64,000 bases of DNA, from positions 124,001 to 188,000 of the forward strand of contig NIVC01001995.1 of assembly GCA_002269645.1 (NCBI GenBank), read 5' to 3'. Under the pieces are notes generated by a model. It was given only the letters and a program-made list of their open reading frames with translations. It was not told where the DNA came from and did no database searches. Positions 13,438 through 24,336 of the stretch are shown here, piece by piece. The stretch comes from Macrostomum lignano. Taxonomy: Eukaryota. The first letter of the stretch is position 1. Each line of letters opens with the position of its first letter. The translations under genes were made by a program, and so were the position numbers.

Positions 13438-15135
13438 TGAATGTTTGACATGGTGGCTCTTTTATGTTTGACATGGTGGCTCTTTATTGTTCGACATGTT
13501 GGCTCTTTTATGTTTGACATGGTGGCTCTTGTATGTTCGACATGGTGGCTCTTTTAATGGTCGACATGGTGGCTCTTTAATGTTCTTCATGTTGGCTCTT
13601 TTATGTTTGACATGGTGGCTTTTTTATGTTTGACATGGTGGCTCTTTTATGTTCGACATGGTGGCTCTTTTATGTTCTACATGGCTGCTCTTTTATGTTC
13701 GAAATGGTGGCTCCTTAATTTTCGAAATGGTGGCTCTTTTATGTTTGACATGGTGGCTCTTTAATGTTTGACATGGTGGCTCTTTAATGTTCGACATGGT
13801 GGCTCTTTAATGTTCTTAATGGTGTCTGTTTTATGTTCGACATGGTGGCTCTTTTATGTTCGACATGGTGGCTCTTTAATGTTCGACATGGTGGCTCATT
13901 TAGGTTTGAAATAGTGGCTCTTTAATGTTTGACATTGTGGCTCTTTAATATTTGACAAGGTGGCTCTTTAATGTTCGACATGGTGGCTTCTTAATTTTCG
14001 AAATGGTGGCTCCTTAATTTTCGAAATGGTGGCTGCTTTATGTTTGACATGGTGGCTCTTTAATGTTTGACATGGTAACTCTTTTATGTTTGATATGGTG
14101 GCTCTTTTATGTTCGACATGGTGGCTCTTTAATGTTCGACATGGTGGCTCCTTTAGGTTTGAAATGGTGGCTCTTTAATGTTTGACATTGTGGCTCTTTT
14201 ATGTTCGACATGGTGGCTCTTTTAGGTTTGACATGGTGACTCTTAAATGTTTGACATGGTGGCTCTTTAATGTTTCACATGGTGGCTCTTTAATATTTGA
14301 CATAAAGTCACATATATGTTTGACATGGTGGCTCCTAAATGTTTGACATGGTGGCTCTTTAATGTTCGACATGGTGGCTCCTTAATTTTCGAAATGGTGG
14401 CTCCTTAATTTTCGAAATGGTGGCTGCTTTATGTTTGACATGGTGGCTCTTTAATGTTTGACATGGTAACTCTTTTATGTTTGATATGGTGGCTCTTTTA
14501 TGTTCGACATGGTGGCTCTTTAATGTTCGACATGGTGGCTCCTTTAGGTTTGAAATGGTGGCTCTTTAATGTTTGACATTGTGGCTCTTTTATGTTCGAC
14601 ATGGTGGCTCTTTTAGGTTTGACATGGTGACTCTTAAATGTTTGACATGGTGGCTCTTTAATGTTTCACATGGTGGCTCTTTAATATTTGACATAAAGTC
14701 ACATATATGTTTGACATGGTGGCTTCTAAATGTTTGACATGGTGGCTCTTTATGTTTGACATGGTGGCTCTTTTATGTTCGACATGGTGGATCTTTTTTG
14801 TTCTACATGGTAACTCTTTTATGTTTGATACGGTGGCTTTTGAATGTCTGACATGTTGGCTCTTTTATGTTTGACATGGTGGCTCTTAATTGTTTGACAT
14901 AGTGGCTCTTTAATGTTCAAAATGGTGGCTCTTTAATGTTCGAAATGGTGGCTCTTTAATGTTCGAAATGGTGGCTGTTTTATGTTTGACATGGTGGCTC
15001 TTTTATGTTTGACATGGTGGCTCTTTAATGTTCGACATGGTAGCTCTTTAATGTTCGACATGGTAGCTCTTTTATGTTTGACATGGTAACTCTTTTATGT
15101 TCGATATGTTGGCTCTTCTATGTTTGACATTGCGC
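13438..15135. repeat. 23-bp satellite in Helitron unit 3
   Basis: Tandem ATGTTTGACATGGTGGCTCTTTA copies. Confidence 0.97.
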
Positions 15136-15205
15136 TTCTTTGATGTTTAGCAGTTTTGTTGTGTTTTTAAGGTGTTTTAATAAAAAAATCTTTTTGCACT
15201 ACTAT

Positions 15206-15262
15206 GATTCGAACCCAGGTCGCTACATTAGCATTCCAGTCTGTTCGCATCAGGGCTATCTC
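15206..15262 (-). other. tRNA-derived Pol III cassette inside Helitron unit 3
   Basis: Plus strand gattcgaacccaggtc...cagggctatctc, homologous to 10051 and 12004. Confidence 0.6.
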
Positions 15263-16935
15263 TTTTCAATTGGAGAACATGAATTGTGGCCCTTATAATT
15301 CAATTCTTACAGCAAGTCAATTGGAGTAAAAAGTTATGACATAATCAATTTCTCAGTCAGCCAGTATCAGTCTCAATTTAAGTTAGCAATATGGTTACGC
15401 AATTTAAATCAAGTCGTGTGTGCATTTCTTCGGTACTGTTTTCAACTTGTTGTGATGCAATCTTTATCACAATCGGAATTCAGTCAGTCAGTTTTTTCTC
15501 TAGCATTCTTACAATGCATTTCAGGTCGAAAGAGCTGCTTGACCTTTGCAAAAAAGCATGTTTTTCGAATATTTAATCCCTTTAAAATTGAGCAATTTCT
15601 TAGCCAAGATGCATGTACCGTCCCAGGAAAATTTCTGATCGAATAATGCAAGTTTGAAGAAAATCGGTTGAGCCATTTTTTCTGAAATCTATCGCATACC
15701 TACCTACCTACCTACCCACAGACAACTCATTTTTAGTATATAGGATATAGGAAGCTTGTCAAGGTGCCTTAAAGGGTCTACAGACTGAACAAAAAGATAT
15801 TTAATGCGAATTCAAATAAACTGGAAAATCAGCAAGCTTACAAGTATTATTAAGTTACCGGCAGTGATGCTACATGCCAAAATAAAAAAGAACAAACACA
15901 GGGCCAGAAAAAAAACACAGCAAGCTAAGTCTCTAAAATCATTAAAAAATCTACAATAAACTCGAGCTGAATGTGGATTCTTAACCTGGAACTACAGTCA
16001 CACCTCCAACCTTAGCAGATATGACCAGAGAAGCTTCATTGGATTGTGTTGCATAATTCAGCCATCTTAATCAATGGCAGAAAGGTTATTCCTGCTTTCA
16101 ACTATGTGCACATTTTTACAAATCAAGTAAGAAGTTGCTGAAAAACATTCCTGATATCCTGGTACATTCGATGAATGAGAACAGTGCTCGATTGATAAAA
16201 CTTTTTCAAACTCTTCTAGAAGAGGCAGCACTGCTACCAGAAAGTATAAATCAAATATAACTTTCTTGTCCCTTAAATTATCTCAAATAGCAGTTGCTCG
16301 GTCGTTATCAACTGCCCTGGGACCTTATTTTGGAAGTTTTTTCAGAGAGTTGACAGACAACTGGTAGCAGCTGCAGCCACCTAGTTTCAATTTGGCACAT
16401 AAAACGGTGCTCTGCCAGATCTAAAATTTCTTGGACTTTCTCATATCAAGTCCAACTTGAGTTGTACAGGAAGTACACATGGATGTCAATAGCCAGAGAC
16501 TCGGCTTGTTTGTCAAGAGCATCACATGCAGCTCGAGAAGCATTTGAAACGTGATGCAAGCAGCAGGATGACACCTGCAGCAGATTAGGTATGTTTCTGC
16601 ATAAGAGCGATCAGGCCTGAATGGCGTCCCACCATAATGTGTGGTCCGTCCGTCATCAGGATCTGAGACGAAGGACCACTATAAATAAAGTTATGCCTTC
16701 ATGTGCACTCTATTTGCTTACAACTGTTGTGTGCATAAAATACATAAAATACGCTAGATAAAAAACACAGAAAAAATTAACACAGATAAAACACAATAAC
16801 ACAGCAAACCACAAAAAACACAGCATGTAGTAACACTGGTTACCGGAAAAAACGACATGTAATACAATTTAGAAAAGTAAAGTAAACAAAACTATGTCAG
16901 CAATTAAAGACAACTACAAGCTGAAAACAATTTTG

Positions 16936-18378
16936 TCAGATGGAACGGCAGATTCTGAAAATTGATCCATCTTTGTCGCACACGATAATCTCGCCAAGGT
17001 CGCGCATTTCTGGATCAACGAACATGTCTGTTGGATTGGTAGTCCTGGTGGTAATCCTATACACTTCGTCCGACATACCCGTCGCGGAGATAGGTAACCA
17101 ACTGATAACTGCATTAGAACTGGGAGCCCAGGCAACAACAACGACCCGATTATTGGCAATTACAACTGGTATAACAAAAGATGTAATTTCGATATTAGGA
17201 GAAGACATCGCAGTCAGTCTATTGGAAGTGTTACGATAACCCTGAATGCGGTATCCATTGCTTGCCACTCGGTCGACAATCAAGAGGATATTTGATTTAC
17301 AGCACCATGCAAGCCGAATTGGAAAGGTTAGTTTTACATCGGTAGTGCACTCGCTGACGTTTGTGGGATTTTTAAGACGCGCAGAATAAATACCAGCTGT
17401 AGGACAGCACATAAAAAGCTGTTGCCCAGTACTAATGGCGTCATGCAGTTGGCCCTTACGAACACGGACAAAACCCACAAGATAGCATGAATCAGATGCG
17501 CACAACAATACGCGCTTATTAAATTGATCAGCTATAATTACATACTTGCTAATTGGACAATAGCGAACACGATACGGGTTAAATTTCACCGGCGTTGCGT
17601 CTCTATTCATCAATTTTAGAGTGCCGTTTCTGGTACCGTTAGGGCTAAAAAAGCTGATTTGCTTTGTACACTGTGCGAACTCGAGAACAATTATAGAATT
17701 TGGAATGAAGGCTCCAGAAAAAATATTCAAGCTCGATTTAAATATGAGCCTAAAAGCATCGTAAACTGGCGCACTACACTCCGGCAATTTGGAGGTGTCG
17801 ATAAGTGAAACTTCTTGCAACTCTGACTCTTTTTGTGATGATGAATCAATACAATCTCTGAAACTAGAGCAAGCTTCCTCCGAGAGGGCATTTTTGGTAA
17901 ACAGTTCTGTTTGAGAAACGACTGGTGAATAAGTTGATTCACTTTCGCTAATTTTCGAATCCGGATTTTTCCTTGGCTCCCAACGAATTCTTAGAGCTTC
18001 GATCAATTTGGTCGTTTTAACTTGAACGTCAGCTGTGTTCCAGACCCCTCTTCGAGCTAACTTTCTGTCGCTGTTGATAGCATAAACCAACTCAGCTTCG
18101 ATATCGCACAGCTCATCGACAGGCAAAGTGCACTGCGGCAATTCAGAAGCCTTTTGCAGAGCGTCACGCAACTGGACCCACTTTTGTTTCCATTCCGCTT
18201 GCTCTTGAGTCACAGCAGCGCGTCTCCGCTCTAGCGCTACTGAGAGTCGTTCAAAATAATCGTCTGGAGGACCGGGTTCGTGTCCCATAGATTCCAGCAG
18301 CTGGGAGGCTATTAATGCTTTGGCGCGAACTGACTCTTCCAGTTCGCTATAGGAGCAGCCGGACAGATTCGATGCCAT
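16936..18378 (-). CDS. Gene A: single-exon 480-aa protein with an N-terminal helical/coiled domain, an S/E-rich linker and a divergent NHL-like beta-propeller
   Basis: Long ATG-initiated ORF. Motifs LLESMG, DAISTGQQL, PIRLAWC, SWLP and CDKDGS are shared with the paralogs at 19811-23101 and 24337-37688. The fold call is pattern-based inference. Confidence 0.85.
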   Translation of the reverse strand: MASNLSGCSYSELEESVRAKALIASQLLESMGHEPGPPDDYFERLSVALERRRAAVTQEQAEWKQKWVQLRDALQKASELPQCTLPVDELCDIEAELVYAINSDRKLARRGVWNTADVQVKTTKLIEALRIRWEPRKNPDSKISESESTYSPVVSQTELFTKNALSEEACSSFRDCIDSSSQKESELQEVSLIDTSKLPECSAPVYDAFRLIFKSSLNIFSGAFIPNSIIVLEFAQCTKQISFFSPNGTRNGTLKLMNRDATPVKFNPYRVRYCPISKYVIIADQFNKRVLLCASDSCYLVGFVRVRKGQLHDAISTGQQLFMCCPTAGIYSARLKNPTNVSECTTDVKLTFPIRLAWCCKSNILLIVDRVASNGYRIQGYRNTSNRLTAMSSPNIEITSFVIPVVIANNRVVVVAWAPSSNAVISWLPISATGMSDEVYRITTRTTNPTDMFVDPEMRDLGEIIVCDKDGSIFRICRSI

Positions 18379-19810
18379 TTGGAGCTAAATCATTTTTGGT
18401 GCTTTTAACCGCGCTTCTTCATGCATTGTATGAAAATTAACAGACAAGTTGTTGCTTCAATCGGTCATGTATAGTTGGTCAAGAGGGTGATGACTGCAAT
18501 ATGGGTGGAACGCTTTCCTATTCCAAGGAACTAAAAAAGTTCAGTTTCCTAAACTTCTGAAGCCGGAGTCTGTTTGAAAAGAAGATAAACTGGTCCCCAA
18601 GCCAAATACAAGTTAAAATCAAGAAATGATGAGGAAAACACAGCTTCTCGAAGAAAAAGCGAACAATTTATTGATGTTGTTGTCTTAGAGATGATATTAT
18701 ATACAATATTTAGGGCTGCTTCAGACAGAGAATATCAAGACTTGAAAAGTATACTCAGCCAAATGCTAGTCCAATACGTTTCGATAGTTCGCCTACAGCT
18801 GCTAAAGTAAAACCTTTTCAAGGAACTCTTTTCAGGGAGAACGAAAATCTTCGAAACAACTAGCTGTACTACTAACAATAATATTTTATTTACAATTCAT
18901 ATTGTACGAGCTCATTAACATACGACTTAGGATAGTGTTTGGTAAAATAAATAGAAATTATCAGACAATAGACATAAGGCTATAAAAAAATAATATCTAA
19001 TGTGTAATGTGATCTAATATCTAATATGTACATGTGCACAGTGGCTGGAAAAATGATTGGCAACAAAAAATTTTTCCTCAAAGATAAAAAGACAGCATAT
19101 ATAAGAAACCTGATTTGAGCTGGCGAAAAGTTTAAATAACTCGTTACTCCAGAAAAAAGCAAGTGTATTATCCAAATTGCAAATGGAGGAATTGTGCGAA
19201 TTACTAATTTAGGCACCAGATTATTAAGAAAATGAAATTTAATTGAAATTTAAAGCTAATATGTTGACAAATTTAATTCGCGTAAAAGGGAAAAAATCAA
19301 TGGCATAACGATAAGTCAGAAAAATCTCTTATTGAAGCTCAAAACACATAAGTTCATAAAATTTTCACCAGTGAAATATTAACAAAACAAACATTAACAT
19401 AGCATTCCTGCATACCAAAGTACAATAAATAGAATTTCAGAGGGTATCTGCAGATTCAACAATAACAAATACATATTAATGAATTAGGTTACGTATTGTA
19501 ACTCCACTTTGCTTTCGATCAACCAGCTTCACAGCAAGTAGGCCATCTTTTCGAGCAATTGCACATGAGTTTAAAGGAAGAGCCAGCTATCGTAGAAAGT
19601 TGAATTTAGATAGCAGGAACTGGGCCTGTCAAAACAAAAGAAAACCAACTGGACGTGCGTTAGCCAAAAATTAAGATCCAGCTGCTCAGCTTAACCACAA
19701 TGCGCTTGCTGATATAAAGGTGGTCGTGCTCTAATCTTGTTTTCTGCATCCGCACTGGGGATTCAAAAGTTCCCCATAAGCCATGTACCCTTATGTTAAA
19801 GAAAGCAGAT

Positions 19811-22800
19811 TCATCCATAAAGTGGACGCCGAAAGGCTAAAACGGAGCCTTTCGCATCGCAAATAATAGCTTCACCAAAGCTGCTCGTCTCCGGTGGAAG
19901 CCAGCAAATATCTCTTGGGCTAATGTCTTCAATAGTAGCGCTGCAGTGCTCAGCAGCTAGATGCATGGCATTAGTGGGAAGCCAACTAATAGTACATGTT
20001 GAATCTGAAACCCAAACAAGTACCATTTCGTCAGCTTTAAGCAGGACATTCGGCGCCACCGATGACTGAATCGTCAATCTGGGAGCCGGGAGTGCCGTCA
20101 ATTGACAGCTGTCAATCTTAAAGGCTAAAATTCTATACTCCTCAGTCTTTATAGAGGTTCGATCAACTACGAGCAGCGTTTCTGACTTGTTACACCAGGC
20201 CATTCGCACAGGACAGGAGATCTTTAAATCGGTGGAGCATAGCTTAATTTCGGTAAGGTTATCAAAAATAGCCGTGTAAATGCGACCACCAGGACAGGCA
20301 ATAATCAGCTGACGGCTTGTACAAATTGCGTCTTCAAAGCCTCCTTTAGGAACTTTAAGAGAGTGCAAGAGACGACCCGCAGGATTAACACAAGCAATTT
20401 GCTTGTTGGTGGGATGAGAAACTATAATCCACTGTCCAGTGCAGCTAAGTCTAATGCGGTAAGCAGTGATATCAACGGCTTCACCACCAAGCGTGCACAG
20501 ACGAATACTTTCTAACTTTTTACCTGTCAAGTTATAAACACTGAAGCAACCCCGGCCAGATCCTTCTGAAACGTAAATTCGATCGGAAAGAACAGCTGCA
20601 GACTTCGGCTTCGAAACTTTAAATAGTTGTAAAACATTCTGCGCGTGTGAAGCAACCTGTTCAGTTGGACCTTTTCCAGCAAATCTTTCGCTATTTATGC
20701 GAGAATTGCTGTGTAAAGTTGAGTCGCTGTGATTTTTACAGGCGGTTAGAGCTTTCACAGTGTGAGATGCGTTGTCAGTCTTCGGCATGGGACATCCTTT
20801 GATCAGCGTTTCCGAAACAACTTCTGTAAAAAAATCATTGGCAAGGCGAACTACGTCGACTGAAACATCTAAGGTGTGCAGTTCTGCATCACCTGTAAGT
20901 AGCGAAGACGCACCCATGCCAACAGCATGTTCATCCTCTCTGCTCATTACTCCTTCTGCTTCCGTCCTATCAGTTGGAGCTCTATCCGCAGCGATGCCCT
21001 CGGTTGGCTCACATTCATCTTGAGTAAGATTCGCTGCAGAATCAGATTTCGCAGATTGATGCTGCAGGCTGCTGCAAAAAATCAGGGTTTGAAGAAAGAA
21101 TTGCATTTTAGTATACAACTTACGATCTTAACGATCTCGAACTTTAATTTTCACTTAAAAATGAAAGATATAAAAAGAAAAAAATAAGAGCTTACCTGTA
21201 AGAAATAACTATAACGTAGCCTGAGTTCTTACAAACAGCAAACGTGCCCTTTTCTGTAGGCACCCAATTCATGTCGATAGGAAACGACTCTATTCCAGTT
21301 TTACAGCTTTCCAGTTCGAGCAAATCGTATTGAGCGGACATCGAGTCTGAGTTAGATGCTAACCAACTAAAAACTGCCGTAGTACCATTAAGTCTTCCAA
21401 TTACAAGTTCACTGTCATTCATGATAGCGCTGGGAATCACCGATGAGTCAATAGCCAAACTTGGAAAATCCAATAATTTTAAACCCTGATCACATAGCTG
21501 AAATGCTCGAATTCGATAACTGTCAGAGTTAGTTTCGTTAACGTCGACAACAAGCAAGGTTACAGAATTGCTGCACCATGCTAATCTCATTGGAAGCAAT
21601 GGCTCTGGAACGCCAAGAATATCGAGCTGGGATAGTTGCTCAACATTATCTAAAGAGGAAATGAATATGCCACTTGATGGAAAGCATGCAATTATATGCT
21701 GGCCTGTGCTAATCGCATCTTGTAAGCCAGAATGCGTATTTACAATAGCATCGACTATTCCATTAGGTCTGGCGCACACAATTCTATCATTGCTCTGGTC
21801 GATAAGGATAATCCATTGCTTAGTTTGACATGAGCGAAGGATACTTGGAACGCAGGCTACTTGGCGGTCATCGTGTCTTTTAAGGACAAATGCCCCGCGT
21901 GCGAAACCAGAACTCGTATACACATTAATTGGACGAGACGATGTCGATCCCAAAACATAAAACTGCTTCTTCAAGTACGTCACGGAGATGGGATTCATAA
22001 AAGTACGAAACTTCCGCACAGATATAGATCGAGAGTTAGTAAAGTCCGAATGGTTGGAAGAGAATCCATCATCGTGAGTATCAAACAGTTTAGAAGATTT
22101 AACAATGTTTCGATCTTCATAACTGCTTTGTTGGTTATAGAAAAATTGCGACGCTCCAGCTTCAGTGTCAGTGAACAAGCTTCCAGAAATCTCCGAGCAA
22201 GTAATGGCGGAGAAAGGTTCTGACCATTCAAGCCCCTGATCCCTGGAACATACAGACGCGGATTGCTCACAAGTAATGGATACATCTGTGTCTGATTTCA
22301 CAGAAGCTTGATATTCCAAAGATTCTGCATCAACCAGCTCAGTTTCTTTCTCTGTGCTGCTGTCAGCCATCCTGCTACTGATTGTCGGCTTCTCATCGAC
22401 ACTTTTGAGAGCAGATTCGTCACGTGGAGCTTCCATGCAAGCGATTTCTATGGTAGCAGCTAAAGTAGGCTGGTCGATTCTTTTCGACAAAGTATAGTCG
22501 CTTTGGTCCGATGACGCAGCGGCGAGACGGTCACCTATTTCGCTATTCTCGTCACGGTTTACAGAAGAATTCGAGTCTTTTTGGTTGTCTCTGGCACGAC
22601 CCTGAATAGAAGCTGCACATTCAGGGCCTTCTGAGTTTTGACGGGAGGCCGACTCTTTGTCAATAATCTCACTAACTTTACTTCTTCCCAATGAACTGCC
22701 AGGGCTAGCAAAAGCTTTTCAATTTTTTCTTCAATATCGATGGTGTTCCAGAATCCGCGCATGACACTGCCAGACTCTGTGACAACTTTATTGATAGCGG

Positions 22801-23101
22801 AAGTTAAATTTGCCTCAGCATGGCACAGCTGGCTGACAGTGGTGCAGGTGGACTGCTTAGCCTCGGAGGCTTCGGAAACTGCTCTTTGTAATCGCTGACG
22901 TCTCTGCGCCCAGTCCGCCAGCTCTCGGTGGATAAGCGCACGTCTACGCGCAAGGGCAAGCGACAGCTGGTCAAAAAGTTCGCTAGGCGACGCGAGCTCT
23001 GGCCCCATCGATTCCAGCAGTAACTTCCCCATGTCCAACTTGCGTTGAACGTCCAGCTGTAGCGCTTGGAGCGCGTCGCTGTTTGGATTGTTAGAGTCGA
23101 A
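19811..23101 (-). CDS. Gene B: helical domain plus two tandem propellers (~1055 aa if the 1-nt frameshift near 22690 is repaired); start exon uncertain
   Basis: Exons 23101-21196 and 21071-19811. The 124-bp intron has TACAG|GTAAGC and TTTTTGCAG|C, both phase 2, and joins in frame. Acceptor TTCTTGCAG at 23102. Exon 1 is 1906 nt, 1 nt short of the required phase. Confidence 0.75.
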
Positions 23102-23850
23102 CTGCAAGAATATCAACAAGCTACTCGTTTTATTGAATAGTGAGAATAAATCACGCATCATATCAATATCATAGAGCTCTTACACCATTTGGCAAAATAG
23201 TCTTTATGACAGTGGCTACCAAACTCGAACCTAGCTGAATGCTAAGGTCCTGCCCTTAGATATTGGTGGCGTCAAATACGATAATCTGGGGCTTAAAAAT
23301 CAACTATAAAGCTGTAGTAGCGTAAGTCCGATCGTACGTCGGAACTTTTACACTGCGGAGATAGAAGCTAAGAACGATTTTATCTTACGATGGCTTTATA
23401 GAACTTGCCCAAGTCTTTTTCTATACAATGAACCCAATTTCTAACCAGTTTTCAATGCAATCTTAGGAATACGTTTTCTAATATGATAACTACGCCCGTA
23501 CCGACTTACTTTGGTCTCTTCGAAAAAACTAAAGCTCTAGATAATGCTTTAAATGCTTTTAATAAATTAAAAAGCTGAAAGACAGGCTTAGAATTACCAA
23601 AAAGCGCAAGGCAAGCACAACGGAAACAACACAGTTGAAAACACTGGCAGTGTTTCATTTTACTTTTGCTATTTAATAGGCAGCTAATCAACACGGAGAG
23701 CGAAGCTTAGAGAATGCAACTTTAATCACCAACTGAGAAAAGCATTGTTAAATAAAGATAAAAAATAATTAAACAGTGATTTAAAAATACGATGCACATC
23801 TACGAAAACAAATAGGTTTGAAAGGAACGGGTGTCTTTATTTAAATATAT

Positions 23851-23930
23851 AGAAATAGTATGTATATATACATATATATGTATATACGTACGTATATATA
23901 TCATACGTATACGTATATATATATATATGT
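23851..23930. repeat. (TA)n/(TATG)n microsatellite
   Basis: Read directly. Confidence 0.9.
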
Positions 23931-24336
23931 GCTTTGATTGTTTGTTCGTTTTGTGCGGCCGTCTGCCTAAATATATATTATTTAGCCCATACATTTGAAA
24001 CGCAAACTTTTTGATTAAATATTTCTATCAATTTATTAGACTGAAGTTACGAGCCAGCCAATATAAATTAAGTTAATGGAAATGTGAAATAAACAATTAA
24101 CAAACATTGAACGAAAACGGTCGAGACTTTTAGCCGATGATTTCGCTGATCGCTACCAAAAATGGAAGACAGAATACTTAAAGTAATTATTATACGGCTT
24201 TAAAGCGATAGATAGATAAATGCTAATCGAAGCACTCGTGACCGACAGCTCAAGGGAAAACCTCAGAATCTGATCTGGAGCAGTCAGCAAAGTCATTCAA
24301 CGGGCACACATAACCATATGGTAAATCCTCGTGTAC

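Larger units (their letters stand above)
12533..15745 (-). mobile_element. Non-autonomous Helitron unit 3 (3.2 kb), outermost 5' end of the array
   Basis: Minus 5' TC at 15745 is preceded by A (15746), matching the Helitron A|T target. Contains an 18-mer array (12678-13342) and a 23-mer array (13438-15135, with a ~390-bp internal duplication). Confidence 0.8.

Noticed and set aside
3160-15135. Perfect Kozak GCCACCATG in nearly every 23-mer on the minus strand
   Set aside because: The vertebrate-type consensus occurs within a satellite and the ORFs are short and frame-shifting; there is no evidence it is more than coincidence.
10051-15262. Functional tRNA genes
   Set aside because: Only A/B-box-like motifs are present, with no complete acceptor or anticodon stems. 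The same applies to the SINE heads at 27431 and 41580.
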